DNA of 64,000 bases from NCBI GenBank assembly GCA_963816675.1, contig CAWFLS010000017.1:5831-69830 (forward strand), given 5' to 3'. Source of the DNA: an uncultured Chloroflexia bacterium. Lineage in GTDB: Bacteria > Chloroflexota > Limnocylindria > Limnocylindrales > CSP1-4. The number at the start of each line of letters is the position of its first letter. Position 1 is the first letter of the stretch. Both the position numbers and the translations under genes were made by a program. The notes below the pieces were generated by a model. The model saw only the letters and a list, made by a program, of their open reading frames with translations. It was not told the DNA's origin and did not search any database. Shown in pieces: positions 57,656 to 64,000 of this stretch.

Positions 57656-60600
57656 TCAGTTGCCGCAGGGCGCGACGTTCCTCCAGTTGTCGATCGTGTC
57701 GGCGACCACCTGGTGGCCGGAAGCGCCGTAGCTCAACGTGAGCTGCCGGTCGCTGATCTCGGCGCAACTCACGTCCTTTTCGACATGGTCCCAGTCACCG
57801 AGCGTGTACTTGTACGCGATCTGGGTCAATTCCTTGCCCGGTGAAGTCGATCGTCCAGTGGGTTGCGTCCACGCGAGTCAGCGAAACCGCGCCCGGGTCC
57901 CACTGCGGGTAGCCGCCGTCGAAGCGGTCGAGGAACCCCGCGATATGCACGGAGCGGCCGGTCGCGTCCGTCGTTGCTGGCACCGTGACGTTGAACGTCA
58001 CCGACACCGTCCGGAGCTCGGCGGTGGCTTGCACCTCGGCCGAGGGCGCGGAGCGATTGAAGGACGTGTCGACCGAGCGAACGACGTAGAAGTACGTCTC
58101 GCCTTCGGTGACGCCGGTGTCGCTGAATGTCGTCGCCGAGGTCGCCCCGATCGTGCTGTACGGCCCACCAGCCGTCGCGCTTCGCCGGACCTCATACCCG
58201 TACAGGCTCGGAATCGCCCGTGACGGCATCCCAGGCGAGTTCGATCCCGGCGGGTGAGGCCGCCGTGGAGTGGAGGTTGGCCGGGCTCGCCGGCGCGCGC
58301 TGTGTCGGCGCTCGGGTTGACCGTCAGCGAACCCGCCTGGTCGGGCGAGTACGCCGTTGGCGATCCCGTCGAGGTCGGCATAGATCCAGTCGCGACCGTC
58401 GGTGACGGTGTAGCGATAGGCGTAGTCGAATGTGCCTGTCGTGTCCGGTTGGAGGGACGCCACGAACTCGTCGTTGTTGCCGGCGTCGGTGTTGAAGGCG
58501 GCCGCGACCCAGCTCCACGCCGGGTTCCCGGCAGGATCCGAGCCGTCCGGGCCGAAGCCGAGCTGGGCGATGAGGCCGGGTGTCGGGCCCGGCTGGCTGG
58601 TCGCGCCGTCGATCCAGACCTGCCCGTAGACGTTGTCCGTCCGGTTCACCGCCGAGATCGTGTGGGTCAGCGTCGGCGGCCACTGCAGGTTCGCCCAGCC
58701 GACGATGAGGTGGGGGACCGCGACGACTTCATTGGACGGACCGCTGGCGTTCCCTGGAGCATCGAGGGCGCGAACGACGATGTACGCCCGCCGGGCGTTG
58801 TCGAGCCCCGTAACCGTGAATGACGTGCCCGTGACGGGACTCGTATTGGCCTTCACATACCCGCCACCCGACAGCGGGCTGACCCACACGTCGTAGCCGG
58901 CGGCCCCGCCGACGGCGGACCAGGCCACCGTCACGGTCCCGTCGCCTTCGCCGGTGACCTGCAGCCCGATCGGGGCCTTCGGTGGCTTGAGGTCGACGGA
59001 TTTGCCGGTCGCGAGGACGATCCCCGACATCGCCGGGAGCGAGACGGCGACCGAACCGCCGGCGACCGACACGGAGCCCGTCGCCGCGACGCCGACCCCG
59101 AAGCGGCGCTCCAGCGACGTCCCGTCGGGAAGATAGCCGCCGACCGGGATCGTGAGGGTCTGGCTCGAGGACGAGCGGTTCAGGGCAACGATGGCAGCAG
59201 AATCACCCGTCCGCCGGCCGTAGGCGACCGTCTGCGACGAGTCGTCCGCGAGCAGGACCCGGAAGTCGCCGTCGGTCAGTGCCTTGACCTTGTCACGGAG
59301 CGCGGCGAGACCGGTGTAGTGAGCGAGCGTCGCCGTGTCCGGTGAGCCACCCAGGTCGGCCCACGGATACGTCCGCCGGTCGTCGGGATCGTCGTCGCCG
59401 GTCATGCCGACCTCGTCGCCGTAGTAGACCGTCGGCGCGCCCGGGACAGTGAACTGGATCAGTGAGGCGAGCTGCGCGCGCAGCTTCCCGGCGGCCACGT
59501 TCGAGGGCGTTCCCTCGCGTCCGGCGGTCGTCTCCGGGCCGGGCGTCAGCGTCCACAGCAGCCGTTCCGTGTCGTGGCTGTCGAGGAGGTTCATCAGCGA
59601 GTAGTACGCGGCGTCGGGATAGTCCTCGCGAGTCGATGCCAGCCGGTTCGCGAACTGCGAAACCGTGATCGGCTGGCCGCTGCCGGCAAAGCCCTTCGAG
59701 TCGAAGCTCCCGGGGGCGAGCAGGCCGATGACGGCGTCGCGGAGCCGATAGTTCATGGTCGTGTCCAGCCGGTCGCCGCGGAGCATCCGGAGCAGCGTGG
59801 AATCCTTCTGCCAGGTCTCCGAGATGGTGAGGGCCTGGGGGTCGGCCTTCTTGACGACAGTCCGGAAGGACTCCCAGTAGCCGTCCGGGAAGGATGGGTC
59901 GCCGGAGACGTCGAGGCGCCAGCCTGACGCGCCGTCCTTGATCCAGTGCTTCGCGACGCTGTCCTTGGAGGTCAGGAAGTACTCCTGGACCGAGGCGAGC
60001 GACTTGGTCAGGACGGGGATCGAGTCGAACCCGAACCATCCGTCGTAGAGCGCGGAATCTGCCTCGCCCGTGGACGACACACACGTCCCGGTGCCCGGGT
60101 CGACGTCGTGGAAGGTGAACCACGAGCGATAGGGCGAGGTCGCCAATTCACACGCCCCGACCGTCGAGTAGCGGTGATAGCGGTCGAACAGGGGGCTGTC
60201 GGACGACATGTGGTTGTAGACCCCGTCGAGGATCACCCGGATCCCGCGCGCCTTGGCGTGCTTGATGAGGTCGTCGAAATCCTTCTGTGTCCCGAAATAG
60301 GGATCGATCTTCAGGTAGTCCTGGGTGTCGTAGCCGTGATTCGAACCGCCATCGAAGATCGGGTTGAAGTAGATCGCCGTCACACCGAGCTTCTCGAGGT
60401 ACGGCAGCTCCTGGTCCACGCCCTTCAGATCGCCGCCGTAGTAATCGCGACCACGCGGCGACTCCTTCGTCGGGCTGTAGTCCGGCGGCGTCGTATCGAA
60501 CCGCCACGGGCAGTTGGCGTCACCGTCCGCGTAGTTCCGGCAGTAGCCCTCCGGCTTGACGCCCCAGGCGAGGGTCTGGACGGGATCGTCGTAGCGGGGG

Positions 60601-61877
60601 TCCCCGGTCTTGGGGTCGTTCGCGGTCGACCCGTTGCGGAATCGGTCCGGGAAGATCTGGTAGATGACCGCATCCTTCGCCCATTTCGGGCCGGTGAAGC
60701 CGGGCACGTACTGCATCAGCGCCCAGCTCTGGTCGATCGGGTCGTCGGATGCGGCTCCGAGGCCGCCGTCGAGCGCCGCCGTGTCGTCCGCGTAGTAGTC
60801 GGTATCGGTGCCGTCGGCGACGATGAACCGATACCACAGGTTGTCGGGCTCATCCGCGATCGAGGCCGGCATCGTCAGCTGCCAGAAGTCACAGGTCTCG
60901 GCTTCCAGCCCTGGCTGGTAGCACGGCACTCCGGACGCCGCGATCGACATCGCCACGACCTCCTGCCCGGCGCGATCGACGCTGAAGAAGCGCGCCTGCA
61001 CCGACGTCACGTCACCGTGGAAGGTCCGGAACCGGAGCGTGACCGGGGTGCCGGCCGGGACAGCGCCGCCCGGCGTCCGGTAGACATCCGAGCGCGAGTC
61101 GTGACGGAGTCCATCCCATTCGACGTTGTTGTCGTGACCGTGGCCGGCGAGCACCGTCAGGATGTGGGTCGAGGCGACGTATCGGAAGGTCACCTTGGCG
61201 TTGTTCGCCGGGACGGTGAAAGCGATGTTCGCGGGCCCCCCGCCCTGGCCGTAGCTCTCATCCCACGACTCGTTGATGGCGACCTTCGTCTCGTAGCTGC
61301 CCGCGGGCAGTGCGGTGGTCTCGAAGGTGTAGACCCCGTCGCCGTCGACATCCTCGAGCCACGAGCGGAGGCAGCCTGGGTCCCAGTCCCCCGGACAACC
61401 CAGTTCGCTCTGGAAGCTGCCGGGCGCCACGGCGATGACGGACGAGCGGTTGTCGGTCGGCCAGTGCGACTTGTCGTCGTAGTAGAACTTGACGGGGCCG
61501 GACGCCGCCGTCGTGAATGGGATGTTGTCGGCGCCGGCGTGGAGACCGTAGTTGCCCTTGGCCCAGTCGTCGTCGAGTACGGCCTTGTACGCCCAGCTTC
61601 CCGCGGGGATCGTCCAGGTGCCCTGCCAGACGTCATCGGCTGCGTCGAAGGTGAGGTGCGTCGCGGCGCAGGCGGGGTCCCAATCCCCGCCGCAGCCGAC
61701 CTCGGACTGCATGTCGCCCGCGATGGTGACCGAGCCCGGGGCGGGGCTGGCAGAGACCGGGATCGGCCCTGCCGCCGGGAGCAGCGTCCCGAGGAGCACG
61801 GCCGTGGCCGCGAGCGCGCGGAATCTGGCTCGACGGCCGCCCGCACGAACGTGGGCAGGACGGGGCGATGCGGGCAT
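57656..61877 (-). CDS. secreted multidomain GH13 alpha-amylase/pullulanase-like enzyme (2 N-terminal CBM-like modules, GH13 core, FN3, CBM-like, FN3, CBM20-like); >=3 frame breaks in the last ~230 codons
   Basis: GGAGG and ATG 61877 precede signal peptide ..RFRALAATAVLLGTLLPAAGP... GH13 regions: RVILDGVYNHMS, GWRLDVSGD, ISETWQ, NLLDSHDTER. FN3: ..GTVTVAWSAVGGAAGYDVWVS... Tail read after shifts: ..NGYSPDQAGSLTVNPSADTA | PPASPANLHS.. | ..SLYGYEVRRSATAGGPYS.. | ..ELTQIAYKYTLGDWDHVEKDVSCAEISDRQLTLSYG..WRNVAPCGN* (stop at 57656). Confidence 0.85.
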
Positions 61878-62222
61878 CGGTCGTACCTCCGAGAGCGGCT
61901 GCCGGCCGACTCTCCTCCTCCAAGGACGATGAAACGTCCTGTGCACCGGGTCAGCGTTCTGAGTTTCCCGAGGATGGGACCGGAGGTGACCCATGTCAAC
62001 GGTCGAGGCACCCGCCGACCGACTCGGCCGGACCGAGCATGGCCGGACGCCCACTCCACCTCGAAGCGAACGTCTGAATGACACGGTACGTCGCTCGTGA
62101 TGACCGACGGATAGGGCCGTGTCGGACCCTCTGTTGCGAGGATTTGAGGAGCGGCGCCACGACAGAGGACAAGGACGCCGGCGAGGTCTCGACGTCCGTT
62201 CCGACGAGCAGGCGGGCGGTTC

Positions 62223-63101
62223 TCAGCCGCCGAGCGCGGCGACCTGGGCTGATGCACCGCTCGAGATCGGGTCGCCGTGTCCGACGAGCAGCGTCTCGAA
62301 TGTGAGCCGGCCGAGCTTGGCGATCGAGGCCTTCGCCTGGTTCATGTCGACCGTGAAGGAGGCGTTCGGCAGCGTCGGCGATCCACCCGACGTCCCGAGC
62401 GCGTCGCCGGCCACGAGGATCCCGCCGGAGTCGTCGAACACCGCGATGTGACCTGCCGTGTGCCCCGGCGTCGTCACGATCCGCAGACCGAAGACGGTGT
62501 CGCCGTCGGCCGCCGCGACGAGCGGTCGAGGCGTCGTGATGCCCGGGATGTCCTCTGCCCCTGCGTACCCGGTCGCAGTCGAGGCGGCGCCGAGGACCGC
62601 CGCTGCGCTCCCGGCGTGATCGTTGTGGAGGTGAGTGAGGATGACGTTTCCCACGGCGCTCCAGTCGAGCCCGACCGCCGTCAAGTCCGGTCTCGATCGC
62701 GCCTTCGCTGCCGGGTGTACCGGTGTCGACGACAGCTGCCTCGCCGGCCCTGACGAGGATGTATGCCGACACGAACCCGAGGTTGACCCGCTGCCACGTC
62801 ACCCCTGTGACTGAGCCGGCAGGCGAAGCCACCGTCGATGGCGGCGCGGCCGATCCTTGTGACGGGCTCGCCGGTACCCCCGACGCCGCCGAAGTCGCGG
62901 CGCCCCCAGAGCTCGCGGGGAACCGCCGGCACCGGTCGAGTTCTCCGGTGAGGCAGCTCTGCTCGCCGACGTCCCGGAGACGGACGGCCGAACCGTCGAC
63001 GCCGGCGCACACGCTGCAATGCCGAGGATCGCGATCGCGATGCTGCCACGGCCTGCATGGACGAGGAACGTCCGTCGGCTGAGCGCTGGGCCGGTCGTCA
63101 T
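62223..63101 (-). CDS. Tat-exported lipoprotein, MBL-fold metallo-hydrolase; 2 frame breaks
   Basis: MTTGPALSRRTFLVHAGRGSIAIAILGIAAC (twin-Arg and lipobox) | ..TWQRVNLGFVSAYILVRAGEAAVVDTGTPGSEG | ..VILTHLHNDHAGS..TPGHTAGHIAVF..VGHGDP. Confidence 0.75.
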
Positions 63102-63144
63102 AGTCGTCGATCTTATGGCGGCGGGCGACGCCACCGTCGAGCCG

Positions 63145-64000
63145 TCATCGGCGAGGGACGAGAACGGCCAGTGCGCGCGGCTTGACCCGAACGTTGAGCG
63201 GAGTGGTGCCGATGACTCGTCCATCGCTCTCGACCAGGCGAGGCGACGGCGTCTCGACGGTGATCTCCGTCGCTCGGGCGCGAAAGACGTGACCGCCGCC
63301 GCTGATTCCCAGCTGCTTCTGCCGCACGACTTCCCAGTTCGCGAGAAGCCCGGGGATCAATCCGGAGGCACTCACCACGATGACATCGAGGCGGCCGTCG
63401 TCGGGGCGCACCGGCTGGCGCGGCTTGATCACGGGCAACAACTTCCCGAAGTTGGCGATGAAGACCTGGCTGGCGTCGACGATCCGGGTTTCGCCGTCGA
63501 TCGTGAGCTGATGGGGGATATTCCGGATCTCGCCGATCTGCCGGACGGCGTTCGCAAGGTAGGCGGCCTTGCCCCAGGGAAGCGTCTTCGGCTTGTCGGT
63601 CGCGTCGCCGACCGTGGCGTCATAGCCGATGCCGCACGCCACTGCGAAACTGCGCCGCTTGCCTTCGATCGACGCGCGACCGAGGTCGATGACTCGCTTT
63701 CGACCCGTCAGGATGACGCGGGCGGCGTCCGAGGGACGGGCAGGGATCCCGAGATTGCCGGCCAGCAGATCGCCCGCGCCCGTCGGTACGACGCCCAGTG
63801 CCACCTGGCTTCGAGCGAGCCCGGCGGCGGCCTGAACGACGGCATCATCGCCACCCACGGCAACGACGACGTCATAGCCGGCAGCCACGCTCGATGCGCT
63901 GCTGCGACGGATCTCGCGCTTCTTCGTTACAGCTGGCTGTCGGTCGCCCAGCCACCTGCCTTGAGCGCTTGCTCGACCTCGCTGACGATCCGGCCGTTCG
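63145..64000 (-). CDS. diacylglycerol/lipid kinase (YegS/LCB5-like) family protein, 5' end beyond the window, one frame break near 63935
   Basis: ..GYDVVVAVGGDDAVVQAAAGL..LGVVPTGAGDLLAGNLGIP... Upstream piece ..GRIVSEVEQALKAGGWATDSQL is in another frame. Confidence 0.7.
   Translation of the reverse strand, partial: ERPDRQRGRASAQGRWLGDRQPAVTKKREIRRSSASSVAAGYDVVVAVGGDDAVVQAAAGLARSQVALGVVPTGAGDLLAGNLGIPARPSDAARVILTGRKRVIDLGRASIEGKRRSFAVACGIGYDATVGDATDKPKTLPWGKAAYLANAVRQIGEIRNIPHQLTIDGETRIVDASQVFIANFGKLLPVIKPRQPVRPDDGRLDVIVVSASGLIPGLLANWEVVRQKQLGISGGGHVFRARATEITVETPSPRLVESDGRVIGTTPLNVRVKPRALAVLVPRR

Noticed and set aside
1-64000. Programmed ribosomal frameshifting or recoding as an explanation for the split genes
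   Set aside because: The breaks occur at many unrelated sites without slippery heptamers or downstream pseudoknot-like structures. They run in both directions (+1 and -1), and several coincide with simple G/C runs.

Overview
This is a GC-rich, actinobacterial-type 64-kb window, densely coding on both strands. I found no rRNA, tRNA or CRISPR array by eye. About 55 protein-coding loci are recognisable from motifs.

Left part (1-24.5 kb): mostly metabolic and accessory genes. These include hydrolases, MFS transporters, MarR and GlxA regulators, VOC/SRPBCC/ABM small proteins, a TPP enzyme translationally coupled to a phage-tail-collar protein, and a decayed DUF222-HNH (13E12-like) gene bracketed by perfect 43-bp inverted REP-like repeats.

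Right part (24.5-64 kb):
- an LLM oxidoreductase
- an intact adenylate-cyclase/NB-ARC/TPR STAND protein
- a heavily decayed giant BNR/Asp-box secreted protein
- a MarR-ABC-ABC-ChrA operon
- a signalling island with two paralogous PAS histidine kinases, a KdpE-like regulator, a Crp/Fnr regulator and a small family of uncharacterised proteins sharing a repeated 'WYVYRDG' module fused to PAS domains
- SDR, acetoacetate decarboxylase and PPK2 genes
- a ~1400-aa multidomain GH13 amylase/pullulanase-like enzyme

Two window-wide oddities stand out. First, roughly 20 otherwise recognisable genes carry reading-frame breaks that are very unevenly distributed. I cannot tell genuine pseudogenisation from indel sequencing error. 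Second, near 24,545 two 5'-truncated convergent gene fragments abut, which suggests a rearrangement or assembly junction.

All functional calls rest on motif recognition by eye. No database search was run.
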